Below are positions 35,599-45,109 of a stretch of 64,000 nt of DNA, in pieces. Position numbers and translations under genes: made by a program. The notes beneath the pieces were generated by a model that worked only from the letters and a program-made list of their open reading frames with translations, was not told where the DNA came from and ran no database searches. Each line of letters opens with the position of its first letter. Position 1 is the stretch's first letter. The stretch comes from Nanobdellota archaeon (GTDB taxonomy: Archaea; Nanobdellota; Nanobdellia; Pacearchaeales; GW2011-AR1). The stretch covers positions 64,001 to 128,000 of the forward strand of contig JBBSXC010000004.1 of NCBI GenBank assembly GCA_038045945.1, in the 5' to 3' direction.

Positions 35599-36152
35599 TG
35601 AAAGAAAACAAAACTGGCGGACTAACACAAGAAATCCAGATACCACAAGGAGTAAACGTAGAAGCAGGAAAAGAAGAAGTAACAATAAAAAAAGATAACA
35701 AATCAACAAAGAAAAACTTAACAGGAGTAAAAATAGAGAAAAAAGACAACATGATAATACTAACAACAAAAAAGTCAGCAAAAAAAGACAGAAAACTAAT
35801 AATGACATACAGAGCACACATAATAAACGCAATAAATGGACTGGACAAAGAATTCGTATACAAACTAAAAGTATGTGCAGTACACTTCCCAATGACAGTA
35901 ACAGTAGACAAAAACAATCATGCACTAGTAATAAAAAACTTCCTTGGAGAAAAAAAGGAAAGAAGAGCAAAAATATTACCAGGAGTAGAAGTACAAATAA
36001 AAGGAGAAGAAATAACAGTAACATCATTCAACATAGAAAACGCAGGACAAACAGCAGCAAACATTGAAACAGCAACAACAGTAAAGTACAGAGACAGAAG
36101 AGTATTCCAAGATGGCATATTCCTAACAGAAAGAAGAGGTGAAAAGATCTAA
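35598..36152 (+). CDS. rpl6: 50S ribosomal protein uL6
   Basis: HFPMTV, NFLGEK, DRRVFQDGIF. Confidence 0.97.
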   Translation: MKENKTGGLTQEIQIPQGVNVEAGKEEVTIKKDNKSTKKNLTGVKIEKKDNMIILTTKKSAKKDRKLIMTYRAHIINAINGLDKEFVYKLKVCAVHFPMTVTVDKNNHALVIKNFLGEKKERRAKILPGVEVQIKGEEITVTSFNIENAGQTAANIETATTVKYRDRRVFQDGIFLTERRGEKI

Positions 36153-36493
36153 TGAGCAGCGGAACAAAAAGCGTAAGAAGAAAAGACTCGCACAAATTCG
36201 GAAAGTTAGGAATGAAGGTCAAAGCTAAAAGGAAATGGAGAAAAGCAAAAGGAAGACATAACAAAATAAGAGAAAGTAAGAGAGGACACGCAGGAAGACC
36301 AAAAATAGGATACAAAGCAGACTACTACGTTAAACCAATAACGATAGAAAACATGACTCAGCTATTAACACTAGGAAAAGAACAGCAAGCAGTAGTATCA
36401 GGAAGAGTTGGAGGAAAGAAAAGAACAATAATAATGGAAAAAGCAAAAAGTTTAGGACTAAAAGTAGAAAACCCAAGGAGACAAAAAAAATGA
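36152..36493 (+). CDS. rpl32e: 50S ribosomal protein eL32
   Basis: WRKAKGRHNKIR, PKIGY, VGGKKR; operon position. Confidence 0.9.
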   Translation: MSSGTKSVRRKDSHKFGKLGMKVKAKRKWRKAKGRHNKIRESKRGHAGRPKIGYKADYYVKPITIENMTQLLTLGKEQQAVVSGRVGGKKRTIIMEKAKSLGLKVENPRRQKK

Positions 36494-36897
36494 ATTTAAG
36501 AAACAAAAAGGAACTAGCAGCAAGATCACTAGGAGTGGGAAAAGGAAGAATAAGATTCATAGAAAGTCATCTAGCAGAAATCAACGACGCGATAACAACA
36601 CAAGACATGATATCACTATTACAAAAAGGAGCAATACAAATAAAACCAATAAAAGGAAGACTTAAGAACGTTAAACGAACAACAAGAAGAGGAAGCGGAA
36701 AAATAAAGAAGAAAATAAGAAACACAAAAACAGTTTACGTAAGAAAAACAAGAAAACTAAGAGCAGCAATAAAAGCAATGAAGAATAACGAGTCAATAAG
36801 CGGAGAAGAATACAAAAAATTAAGAGTTCACATAAAAGCATCAAAAATCAAAGACAAATCACACTTACACGAACACATAAAGGAGATGAGAAAATAA
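36490..36897 (+). CDS. rpl19e: 50S ribosomal protein eL19
   Basis: KELAARSLGVGKGRI, RRGSGK. Confidence 0.93.
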   Translation: MNLRNKKELAARSLGVGKGRIRFIESHLAEINDAITTQDMISLLQKGAIQIKPIKGRLKNVKRTTRRGSGKIKKKIRNTKTVYVRKTRKLRAAIKAMKNNESISGEEYKKLRVHIKASKIKDKSHLHEHIKEMRK

Positions 36898-36901
36898 AAC
36901 A

Positions 36902-37459
36902 ATGACACAAGTAATACCAAAACGAAGAAGACTTGAGGGAATAACAGACTACCAAGCTAGAAGAAACATGCTAAAGTCAGGAAGAGCAAGAGTAGTATTT
37001 AGAAAAACTAACAAGTACATAATAGGACAAGTAATAGTTAGCGAGGAAGCAGCGGACAGAGTAATAGAGTCAGTAACATCAAAAGAATTATTAGGTAAGG
37101 GATGGCCAGAAAACAAAGAAGGAAGCCTTAAGAGCCTGCCAGCAGCATACCTAACAGGGCTAATGCTAGGGAAAAATTCACAAACAAAAAAGATAACTTC
37201 AGCAATACTAGACATAGGACTTAACAGAAACATAGCAAAATCAAGAATTTACGCATTCGCTAACGGAATAGTAGATTCAGGCCTAGAAATGCCAGTAAGC
37301 GAAAAAATGTTCCCAGAAAAAGCAAGAATTGACGGAGAACAAATAAAGATGAGTAAAGAAATAAAAACAATAAAAGAAAAAATCCAGAGTTCAGACGGAA
37401 CAAGAGCCCCTAAAGCAAAAGAAACTAAAACAAAAAATAAAAGTGAGGCTAAAAAATAA
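36902..37459 (+). CDS. rpl18: 50S ribosomal protein uL18
   Basis: RRRLEGITDYQAR, AAYLTG, LDIGL. Confidence 0.96.
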   Translation: MTQVIPKRRRLEGITDYQARRNMLKSGRARVVFRKTNKYIIGQVIVSEEAADRVIESVTSKELLGKGWPENKEGSLKSLPAAYLTGLMLGKNSQTKKITSAILDIGLNRNIAKSRIYAFANGIVDSGLEMPVSEKMFPEKARIDGEQIKMSKEIKTIKEKIQSSDGTRAPKAKETKTKNKSEAKK

Positions 37460-38241
37460 TGGCAGAAGAAGTAGTACCAATATCAATAACAGCACAAGAC
37501 TTAGCAGCGCCTGAAGAAGCAGTAGTTGCTGTAGTTGAAGAATCAAGGGGCAGAGGAAGAAGAAGAGAAAGAACAGAACCAACAAGAGATGAAATAGTTG
37601 ACAAATGGACTCCTAAAACAAAAATAGGTAAATTAGTTAAGAATAAAGAAATAAAAAACATTGATGAAATACTAAACAGTCATAAAATATTAGAATCAGA
37701 AATAGTTGATGCATTATTAGACCTTAAAAAAGACTTATTAATGATAGGTCAGCTTAAGGGAAAATTCGGCGGCGGTAAAAGAGCTTGGAGAAAACAAACA
37801 CAGAAAAAAACAGCTGAAGGAAACGTAACAACATTCTCAATTATGGCTATAGTTGGCGACGAAAACGGAAGAGTAGGACTAGGAAGAGGAAGAGCTAAAG
37901 AAAACATTCCAGCTAAAGAAAAAGCAATAAGACAAGCAAAACTAGGAATAATGAAAATAACTAGGGGTTGTGGAAGTTTTGATTGTTCATGCGGACTAGA
38001 ACACAGCATACCAGCAAAAGTTGATGGTAAGTGCGGAAGCGCGACAGTAGTTTTAATGCCAGCACCTCAGGGAACGGGACTTGTTGCTTGTGATGAACTA
38101 AAAAAGATATTAAGACTAGCCGGAATAAAAGACGTTTACTCTAAAACATTCGGAAAAACAAAAACTACTGGTAACTTAGCAAAAGCATGCATAGAAGCAC
38201 TTAAGAAGACTAACAAAATAAAAAACTATGGAGTACAATAA
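37459..38241 (+). CDS. rps5: 30S ribosomal protein uS5
   Basis: WTPKTKIG, VGDENG, RGCGSFDC, PAPQGTGL. Confidence 0.96.
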   Translation: MAEEVVPISITAQDLAAPEEAVVAVVEESRGRGRRRERTEPTRDEIVDKWTPKTKIGKLVKNKEIKNIDEILNSHKILESEIVDALLDLKKDLLMIGQLKGKFGGGKRAWRKQTQKKTAEGNVTTFSIMAIVGDENGRVGLGRGRAKENIPAKEKAIRQAKLGIMKITRGCGSFDCSCGLEHSIPAKVDGKCGSATVVLMPAPQGTGLVACDELKKILRLAGIKDVYSKTFGKTKTTGNLAKACIEALKKTNKIKNYGVQ

Positions 38242-38246
38242 AAAAA

Positions 38247-38657
38247 ATGGTAATAGCAGTTATTAGAATAACAGGACAAGTAGGACTTAACGCTGACGTT
38301 AAAGAAACATTATTCCGATGGAGAATGAGAAAGAAGTACGTTTGCGTACTAGTTGAAGAAAACAGAGAAAATGATATTGTTCTGAAAAGAATAAGAAACC
38401 TCGTAGCTTTCGGTAAAATAAACGATGAAACTCTAAAAAAACTTGTAACAGTTAGAGCTGAAAGACTAGCCGGAGTTAAACTAGACCACGAAAAAGTTTT
38501 CAAAGAAGCAAAAATTGCTAAGATTGTTTCAGCTAAACCATTCTTCAGACTTCACCCACCAATAGGCGGAGCTGACACAAAAGTGCACTTCCCTAAAGGG
38601 ATACTAGGAGATAATGGCGAAGATATAAATAAATTATTAATGAGGATGATAAAATGA
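38247..38657 (+). CDS. rpl30: 50S ribosomal protein uL30
   Basis: AVIRITG, FRLHPPIGG, INKLLMRM. Confidence 0.94.
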   Translation: MVIAVIRITGQVGLNADVKETLFRWRMRKKYVCVLVEENRENDIVLKRIRNLVAFGKINDETLKKLVTVRAERLAGVKLDHEKVFKEAKIAKIVSAKPFFRLHPPIGGADTKVHFPKGILGDNGEDINKLLMRMIK

Positions 38658-39187
38658 AACTTCACAAAAGGAAAAAACCAAGTAGGCATAGAGGAACAAG
38701 AACTGCTGGTTGGGCTATGAAGAAACACAAAGGCGGTAAGGGTAACAGTGGTGGTAAGGGAATGGCAGGTACTGGTAAAAGAGCAGATCATAAAAAATCA
38801 TGGGTTTTAGTAAACCAATACCCTTACTTTGGTAAACAAGGATTCACAAGCAAAGGCACCGAAAATAGAAGTAATGACGTTTACAACCTTGACGACATAG
38901 AAGGAATGCTACTAAGTAACAAAGCAAAAAACGGAGTTTTAGAGCTTAAACAATACAAAGTATTAGGCGATGGAGAAATAACACAAAAAGCAAAAATTCA
39001 CGCAAAAGCATTCTCAAAGTCAGCTAAAGAAAAAATCCAGGCAGCAGGCGGAGAAGCAATAGTAGTAGCACAAAAAAGAAACGAACCTAAAGAAGGAAAC
39101 AAAGAATTCTTAGAAGAAAAAAAGGCAGCAAAAGAAAAGAAGACTACAACAGAAAAGAAAGAAACAGCAACAGTTAAGAAAAAATAA
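38654..39187 (+). CDS. rpl15: 50S ribosomal protein uL15
   Basis: RGTRTAGW, GGKGMAG, FGKQGF, KVLGDG, KIQAAGG. Confidence 0.96.
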   Translation: MKLHKRKKPSRHRGTRTAGWAMKKHKGGKGNSGGKGMAGTGKRADHKKSWVLVNQYPYFGKQGFTSKGTENRSNDVYNLDDIEGMLLSNKAKNGVLELKQYKVLGDGEITQKAKIHAKAFSKSAKEKIQAAGGEAIVVAQKRNEPKEGNKEFLEEKKAAKEKKTTTEKKETATVKKK

Positions 39188-39607
39188 TTATTTTTCTAAC
39201 TTTTTAATATAATTCTGTAAGTCTATTTTTAGTTTTTCAAAAAGTTTTATTTGATCGCCTTCAACTTCTGCAGCAGGCATTTCTAATGAAGCAGCATCGT
39301 CAACTATTCCATCAAGTTCTTCATCAAACTCGTAAAAAGAAAAACCAGTCAATAAATAAGCAGTGTTTTGAATACTTTGTTCATCCTTAGCGGTTTTACT
39401 AACAATTTTAAGGAAGAATTTTCCAAGTCTTAGCTTTATGATTTTATCATTAATAACAGGAGTTGACTCCCTGTCCTTCATCTTAATCCTAGAACCTTTA
39501 TCCTTACCAAGAGAAGTTTTTTGTTTTATTAGCTTATTAATCTCAAAGAGTTCCTTCTTATCCTCAAGAGACAAATTATCATTTACATCCCCAGTGTTAA
39601 GTTCCAT
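39188..39607 (-). CDS. Hypothetical protein (antisense insertion between rpl15 and secY)
   Basis: 139-aa helical ORF with its own TATA-like element. Confidence 0.7.
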   Translation of the reverse strand: MELNTGDVNDNLSLEDKKELFEINKLIKQKTSLGKDKGSRIKMKDRESTPVINDKIIKLRLGKFFLKIVSKTAKDEQSIQNTAYLLTGFSFYEFDEELDGIVDDAASLEMPAAEVEGDQIKLFEKLKIDLQNYIKKLEK

Positions 39608-39656
39608 GAATAAGAAAACCGTTCATAGTAGTTTTAAACTTTTCTAAAAAAGAAAA

Positions 39657-39929
39657 TTATTCTATTTTATCAGATAACTCTTTTTTATTAGCAGGCTCAA
39701 ACCTTAACTGGCGAGTCTCAAGGTCATAAACGAGTCTGCCAATAACTTCATCATCGCCAGAATGATGAGTAATAGGACTAGAAATTTGGCTTTTAGAAGT
39801 ATAAACAGGCTCAGTATTAACACGGTTTTTTCTAATTACTGGCTCTCTAGGCTGATTACAAGCATAAGCATCAACGCCCAGAGAATAACTCATAAATCTT
39901 ATCTCTCTTAAAGATTCTAAACTATGCAT
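39657..39929 (-). CDS. Hypothetical protein
   Basis: ORF with start revised to ATG 30 nt downstream of a TATA-like box. Confidence 0.55.
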   Translation of the reverse strand: MHSLESLREIRFMSYSLGVDAYACNQPREPVIRKNRVNTEPVYTSKSQISSPITHHSGDDEVIGRLVYDLETRQLRFEPANKKELSDKIE

Positions 39930-39977
39930 AATTATTGTAAGAATTAGAGGATATTTAAGATTATATATCATTCACTA

Positions 39978-39990
39978 AAAGGTTTATAAA
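39978..39990 (+). promoter_or_regulatory. BRE/TATA promoter of secY
   Basis: AAAGGTTTATAAA identical to the L1 operon promoter. Confidence 0.7.
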
Positions 39991-40053
39991 TCACATTTTG
40001 CGTATATTAATCATTAAAAAGGTCAATAAGGGACAAGTAAAAAAATAATAATT

Positions 40054-41439
40054 ATGGCAATAAAGGATATTCTACATAGTTTACCAGAAGTAAAAGCGCC
40101 TGTCGAAAAAAAGCTAAGTTTTAACGTAAAACTAAAATGGACTTTAATAATACTAGTAGGATTTTTCGTACTAGCTAACATACCACTATATGGCCTAGCA
40201 AAAAACTCCTTAGACAGATTCCAATACTTAGCAGTAATATTAGGAACAGATTTTGGTTCAATAATTAGTTTAGGAATAGGACCAATAGTAATGGCTTCTA
40301 TAATACTACAATTATTAGTTGGGAGTAAAATAATACAAATAGACACAAGCACACCAGAAGGAAAAAAGTATTTTCAAGGAATACAAAAATTAGGAGTATT
40401 CTTCTTCATAGTATTCGAAGCAGCAATATACGTATTAATGAAGGGACTTGAAGCAAGCCCAGGACACACAGGAATAGTAATATTCCAATTAATACTTGGA
40501 GGACTGGCAATAATGTTCATGGATGAAGTAGTCCAAAAGTGGGGTTTTGGAAGCGGAGTAAGCTTATTCATCGTAGCAGGAGTAGGATGGAGACTTTTCA
40601 CAGGACTATTCCAATTCGTAGGACCACAAGGAGGAAACTGCTTAACGGACTTTGGAAACATAGCATGCGGAGGAAAAGTATTAGTTATGATACAATCAAT
40701 AATACAAGGAGCACCAACAGAAGCATTAAGAGCGTTCGCAATAATAGCAGCAACAGCAATAATATTCTTAATGGTAGTATGGGCACAAAGCCTAAAAGTT
40801 GAAGTACCATTAGTATACGACAGGTTAAGAGGATACGGAGTAAAATGGCCATTATCATTCTTCTACGCTAACGTACTACCAGTAATACTAGTATCAGCCC
40901 TGGCAGCAAACATGCAACTATTCGCAGGACTACTAGAAGGATGGTTAGGACACCCAACATGGCTAGGAACATTCTCACAAGGAACACCAGTAGCAGGACT
41001 CGCATTCTGGCTACACCCAGTAAACATACTAGACCTAATAGTAACAGGAAGAGTATCATGGATACAAATAGCACAAACAATAACACACATATTATACTAC
41101 GTAGTATTCGCAGCATTATTCAGCGTATTCTGGGTTAAGACAAGTGGAATGGACGCAGGAAGCCAAGCAAGAAACATACTAAAATCAGGACTACAAATAC
41201 CAGGCTTTAGAAAAGACGAAAGAGTTCTAGAAAGCATACTAAAAAGATACATAGGACCATTAACAATCATGGGAGGAGCAGCAGTAGGATTCTTAGCAGC
41301 AGTAGCAGACTCCCTTGGAGCAATAACAGCAGGAACAGGAATACTACTAGCAGTTATGATAATGTACCAATTATACCAAAACATAGCACAACAACACCAA
41401 GTAGACATGCACCCAGCACTAAAGAAAATGTCAGGATAA
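40054..41439 (+). CDS. secY: Preprotein translocase SecY
   Basis: LGIGPIVMASIILQLL, WGFGSGVSLFI, GLQIPGFR, GTGILLAV. Confidence 0.98.
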   Translation: MAIKDILHSLPEVKAPVEKKLSFNVKLKWTLIILVGFFVLANIPLYGLAKNSLDRFQYLAVILGTDFGSIISLGIGPIVMASIILQLLVGSKIIQIDTSTPEGKKYFQGIQKLGVFFFIVFEAAIYVLMKGLEASPGHTGIVIFQLILGGLAIMFMDEVVQKWGFGSGVSLFIVAGVGWRLFTGLFQFVGPQGGNCLTDFGNIACGGKVLVMIQSIIQGAPTEALRAFAIIAATAIIFLMVVWAQSLKVEVPLVYDRLRGYGVKWPLSFFYANVLPVILVSALAANMQLFAGLLEGWLGHPTWLGTFSQGTPVAGLAFWLHPVNILDLIVTGRVSWIQIAQTITHILYYVVFAALFSVFWVKTSGMDAGSQARNILKSGLQIPGFRKDERVLESILKRYIGPLTIMGGAAVGFLAAVADSLGAITAGTGILLAVMIMYQLYQNIAQQHQVDMHPALKKMSG

Positions 41440-41526
41440 ACCACAAAAAAACTAAAGTTTTGGATTAATAAGAATAAGATTATAAATTAATAAGAGTTAT
41501 AAACCAAAGAATAAACAATAATAACC

Positions 41527-41931
41527 ATGAGCATAACAACAATAATACAAGCATACCCAATAGCTAGTACAATAATAATAGCAGCTGTAGTGTCATTACT
41601 AAGCATGCTAGCAACAAAATACTTAACAAACCAAGAAAGACTAAAAGAATTAACAGTGAAACAAAAAGAACACCAAAGATTAATGAAAGAACACAAAGGA
41701 GACCAACAAAAAATGATGGAGATACAAAAAGAGATGATGAGCGGAAGCATGGAAAGAATGAAAAGCTCATTCAAACCAATGATAGTAACACTAATACCAT
41801 TCCTACTATTATTCAACTTCATGAGAAAAGTACTAGAAACAACACCAGCAGCAAAAAGTTGGTTCTGGTATTACCTAATAACAGCAATAGTACTAGGAAC
41901 AGTATGGAAAAAAATACTAAAAGTACACTAA
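41527..41931 (+). CDS. EMC3/TMCO1 (DUF106, Oxa1 superfamily) membrane protein
   Basis: TM-coiled coil-SFKPMIVTLIP-WFWYY pattern; usual position after secY. Confidence 0.88.
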   Translation: MSITTIIQAYPIASTIIIAAVVSLLSMLATKYLTNQERLKELTVKQKEHQRLMKEHKGDQQKMMEIQKEMMSGSMERMKSSFKPMIVTLIPFLLLFNFMRKVLETTPAAKSWFWYYLITAIVLGTVWKKILKVH

Positions 41932-41938
41932 CAAAAAT

Positions 41939-42349
41939 ATGAACAACATAGAAATGAACCCCCAGCAACAAGCAGTAATAATGGAATTGCAAATGATAGA
42001 ACAAAAAATGAAACAGTTAGAAGCACAAATAAGCGCAATACAAAAACAAACAGGAGAAATGGAAGGAATAATAGAATCTTTAGCAGCAGTAGAAAGAAAC
42101 AACGGAGAAGAAATGCTCCTGCCAATAGGTAAAGGAATATTCATAAAAAATAAACCAACAAGCAAAAACGTCCTGTTAAACATAGGCAGCGGCACAGTAA
42201 TAGAAAAAGACATAAAAGGAACAATAAAACTAATTGATGAACAAATAACAAAACTAAACGAAATGGCAGCAGAATACCAATTAGAAATGATGAAGAGCGA
42301 AAAAAAGATAGAAGAAATGATAGAAGGAATACAAAAAACACAACAATAA
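41939..42349 (+). CDS. pfdA: Prefoldin alpha subunit
   Basis: EMLLPIGKGIFI, VLLNIGSGTVIEK between coiled coils. Confidence 0.93.
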   Translation: MNNIEMNPQQQAVIMELQMIEQKMKQLEAQISAIQKQTGEMEGIIESLAAVERNNGEEMLLPIGKGIFIKNKPTSKNVLLNIGSGTVIEKDIKGTIKLIDEQITKLNEMAAEYQLEMMKSEKKIEEMIEGIQKTQQ

Positions 42350-42410
42350 GAAAAAATCTTCAGAAAAAAGACAGCAGCATTCTTTAAAGAACTTAAAACA
42401 AAGAACAATA

Positions 42411-42734
42411 ATGGTAATACTAAAATGGTCTAGAATAGAAGAGTTAGCACAAGGTGAAACTGTAGAAGGAGCTGTAATAATTGGAAGATTTAAAGAACAA
42501 ATAAAAGAAACAAAAAGACCTCAAGGAGTAACATTTAGTATCCAGTCACCAAACGGAGAATTAGAAGTATCAGCAGTTTATGAAGCAGAGATAAAACCTT
42601 TAGATTTAGAAAAAATAAGACGAGTATCAGACAGTAATACAGAAATGAGAGCTGTAGGAACTTACACTCATAAGACTGGAGAAAAATACTGCGGAGAATT
42701 AAAAGTTAAAGAACTAGAATACGTACTCCACTAG
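42411..42734 (+). CDS. Hypothetical protein (possible OB-fold)
   Basis: 107-aa beta-rich ORF; fold is a guess. Confidence 0.6.
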   Translation: MVILKWSRIEELAQGETVEGAVIIGRFKEQIKETKRPQGVTFSIQSPNGELEVSAVYEAEIKPLDLEKIRRVSDSNTEMRAVGTYTHKTGEKYCGELKVKELEYVLH

Positions 42735-42877
42735 AAAGGATAAGCATAGAGAGCTAACAAACCGCAAAAGAACCCAATAGCACCAATACCCATTAGTTGC
42801 TTAACCCTAACTATAGCGCCAACAAGCATTACCAAACCGCCAATGATAGTAACAGTAGCAATTATTTCTCTTAGCAT
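42731..42877 (-). CDS. 48-aa two-TM microprotein downstream of prs
   Basis: MLREIIATVTIIGGLVMLVGAIVRVKQLMGIGAIGFFCGLLALYAYPF; 5 nt after the prs stop; not in ORF track. Confidence 0.65.
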   Translation of the reverse strand: MLREIIATVTIIGGLVMLVGAIVRVKQLMGIGAIGFFCGLLALYAYPF

Positions 42878-42882
42878 AAGAA

Positions 42883-43761
42883 TCATAATTCCTTAATTGA
42901 ATCAGCAACTAATTTGCTAACATCAATTTTTGAGTATTTTGAAAGAATAGTATTAGTAGTAATTAGATTAGCATACTTCTTAATAAGAGTTTCAGCATTA
43001 CCTGCTAGTATACCATGAACACCAATACAAGTAATACTCTTAACACCTTTAGACTTAACAAGCTTCAAACTTTCGCAAAGAGTATGACCAGTACTTATAA
43101 TATCATCAACAATAACAGCGTTTTTACCCTTAAGACTGAAATTTTCACCAGTAACTTTAACATTATTAGAGTCTTTACGATTCTTAATCAAGATGTGAAC
43201 CTCTTTGTCTAAATCACTAGCAATTTTTTTAGCCCACTGATAACTTTCCTCATCAGGACCAACCATAACAAAATCATCCTTAAACTTTCTCAAGTAGTCA
43301 GTAATAACACCAATGGAGGAGACCTCAAAAGCATTCTTAGAGTACTCCTTAAGACTATCAATGCGGTGAAGGTGAGGATCAATAACTACCACTTTATCAA
43401 ACTTATCACAAAAAAGATTCATAACTTCCTTAGCTGAAACACACTCAAAATCATGAAAAGACTTATCTTGACGAAGATAAGGCATATAAGTAGCCATAAG
43501 AAAAACTTTTTTAGCACCATTATCCCTAGCAACACCACCAGCAAGAAGAGTCTGAACGACCTTAATATCAGGATTATGAGCCAAAGACGCAACAATAACA
43601 ACCTTTTTACCTTTAGGGCTTATATTAATCTTAACTAATGATTCACCATCAGGAAAAGTATTAACAGAAATATCAGAGTAAGAACAAGAAAGTATTTTTG
43701 CGACATTCTTAGCTAAAGCAGAAGTATCAGAAAAACCGCAAACTAAAACCTCTTTAGACAT
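42883..43761 (-). CDS. prs: Ribose-phosphate pyrophosphokinase
   Basis: FPDGE, YMPYLRQDK, GPD, IVDDIISTGHT, HGIL. Confidence 0.95.
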   Translation of the reverse strand: MSKEVLVCGFSDTSALAKNVAKILSCSYSDISVNTFPDGESLVKINISPKGKKVVIVASLAHNPDIKVVQTLLAGGVARDNGAKKVFLMATYMPYLRQDKSFHDFECVSAKEVMNLFCDKFDKVVVIDPHLHRIDSLKEYSKNAFEVSSIGVITDYLRKFKDDFVMVGPDEESYQWAKKIASDLDKEVHILIKNRKDSNNVKVTGENFSLKGKNAVIVDDIISTGHTLCESLKLVKSKGVKSITCIGVHGILAGNAETLIKKYANLITTNTILSKYSKIDVSKLVADSIKEL

Positions 43762-43878
43762 AAAAACATAAAACTTTCATATTATATAAATGTGGTGAAA
43801 AAAGAGAAGATTCCCCCACATGAGAATTGAGGGTCATCAGCATCAAAAAGAAAAAAATATAAATAAAAAAGTTATCTT

Positions 43879-43998
43879 TTAGGTACTCATTATCTGAATA
43901 CCAGCAGGACGGTTCTTAATAGGCCCATGACCGCCAGGATGAGCCGCTGCTCTTCTTTTAGCCGCAGCCATTCTTGTTCCTCTTGTTATCTTTGCCAT
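43879..43998 (-). CDS. 39-aa basic microprotein
   Basis: MAKITRGTRMAAAKRRAAAHPGGHGPIKNRPAGIQIMST; GC-richer than flanks; T-rich terminator after stop. Confidence 0.6.
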   Translation of the reverse strand: MAKITRGTRMAAAKRRAAAHPGGHGPIKNRPAGIQIMST

Positions 43999-44101
43999 AA
44001 TAAGCATAAGCTAAAGGAGCATAAATACTGGAGTAGTATTAAGAAAGACCAATAAAATATCAAACTTTATATATACAATAAATCTAAGAGTAATATTAAA
44101 G

Positions 44102-45109
44102 ATGGTGAAACTCGCAATAAACGGTTTTGGTAGAATAGGAAAACAATTCTTCTTAGCTTGCATGGAAAACAGCGTAGCATCAAAATGGGAATTTGTGATA
44201 AACAATTTGGGGGGAATGGAAAACATGGTTTATGAACTAAAATATGACTCAGTACACCCATCACCAAAAGAAAAGATTACTCATGACAAAAAATACTTAT
44301 ATTTTGGTAAGAAAAAAATAATGATTTATAGCGAAAGAGATGTAGAAAAATTACCATGGAAAGCAGAAAATGTTGACTTAGTAGTCGATTGTACAGGAGC
44401 ATTCACAAACGCTAAAGAAGCAAAAAAACATTTGCAGTCAGGAGCCAAAAAAGTTTTGATAAGCGCACCAGCAAAAGACCATGACTGCACAATCGTTTAC
44501 GGAGTAAACAACAAAGTGCTAAAAGCAACACACAAAATACTATCAGCAGGAAGTTGCACAACTAATTGCGTAGCACCAATAATAAAAATAATAAATGATA
44601 ATTATGGAATAAAAGACGCTTATTTTGTCACAACACACGCATACACAGCAACACAAAGACTAGTAGACTCAATTGATGAAAAAGATTTGCGACGCGGAAG
44701 AGCAGCAGCAGAAGACATAATACCTTCCACTTCGGGAGCATCACAATCAGTAGTTGAAGCAATACCAGAGATGCTAGGAAAACTAGAAGGGTACGCACTA
44801 AGAGTACCAGTGCTAGACGGATCATTCTCAAGTGTAATAGCAGTAATAAAGAGTAAAACAACAAAAGAAAAAATAAACAGTTTATTCAAAAAAGAATCAA
44901 AAGGAAAATACAAAGAAATACTCCAGTACACAACCGACCCAATAGTATCAAGCGACATAATACACAACCCTTCTTCATGTATTATAGATGGCGAAATAAC
45001 AAGCACAAGCAAAGACGGCAGCATGATAAGCATTGGCGCATGGTATGATAACGAATGGGGATACTCTAATAGACTAGTAGACGTAGCAAAACTAATCGTA
45101 GGAAAATGA
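44102..45109 (+). CDS. gap: Glyceraldehyde-3-phosphate dehydrogenase, class I (bacterial type)
   Basis: INGFGRIG, SCTTNC, HAYT, WYDNEWGYSNR. Confidence 0.96.
   Translation: MVKLAINGFGRIGKQFFLACMENSVASKWEFVINNLGGMENMVYELKYDSVHPSPKEKITHDKKYLYFGKKKIMIYSERDVEKLPWKAENVDLVVDCTGAFTNAKEAKKHLQSGAKKVLISAPAKDHDCTIVYGVNNKVLKATHKILSAGSCTTNCVAPIIKIINDNYGIKDAYFVTTHAYTATQRLVDSIDEKDLRRGRAAAEDIIPSTSGASQSVVEAIPEMLGKLEGYALRVPVLDGSFSSVIAVIKSKTTKEKINSLFKKESKGKYKEILQYTTDPIVSSDIIHNPSSCIIDGEITSTSKDGSMISIGAWYDNEWGYSNRLVDVAKLIVGK

Noticed and set aside
26980-42408. Many long Leu/Phe/Val-rich ORFs on the - strand of the r-protein operon (e.g. 31220-32182, 33520-34425)
   Set aside because: Shadow ORFs: the T-poor + strand gives few antisense stop codons, and the translations are low-complexity mirrors of real genes
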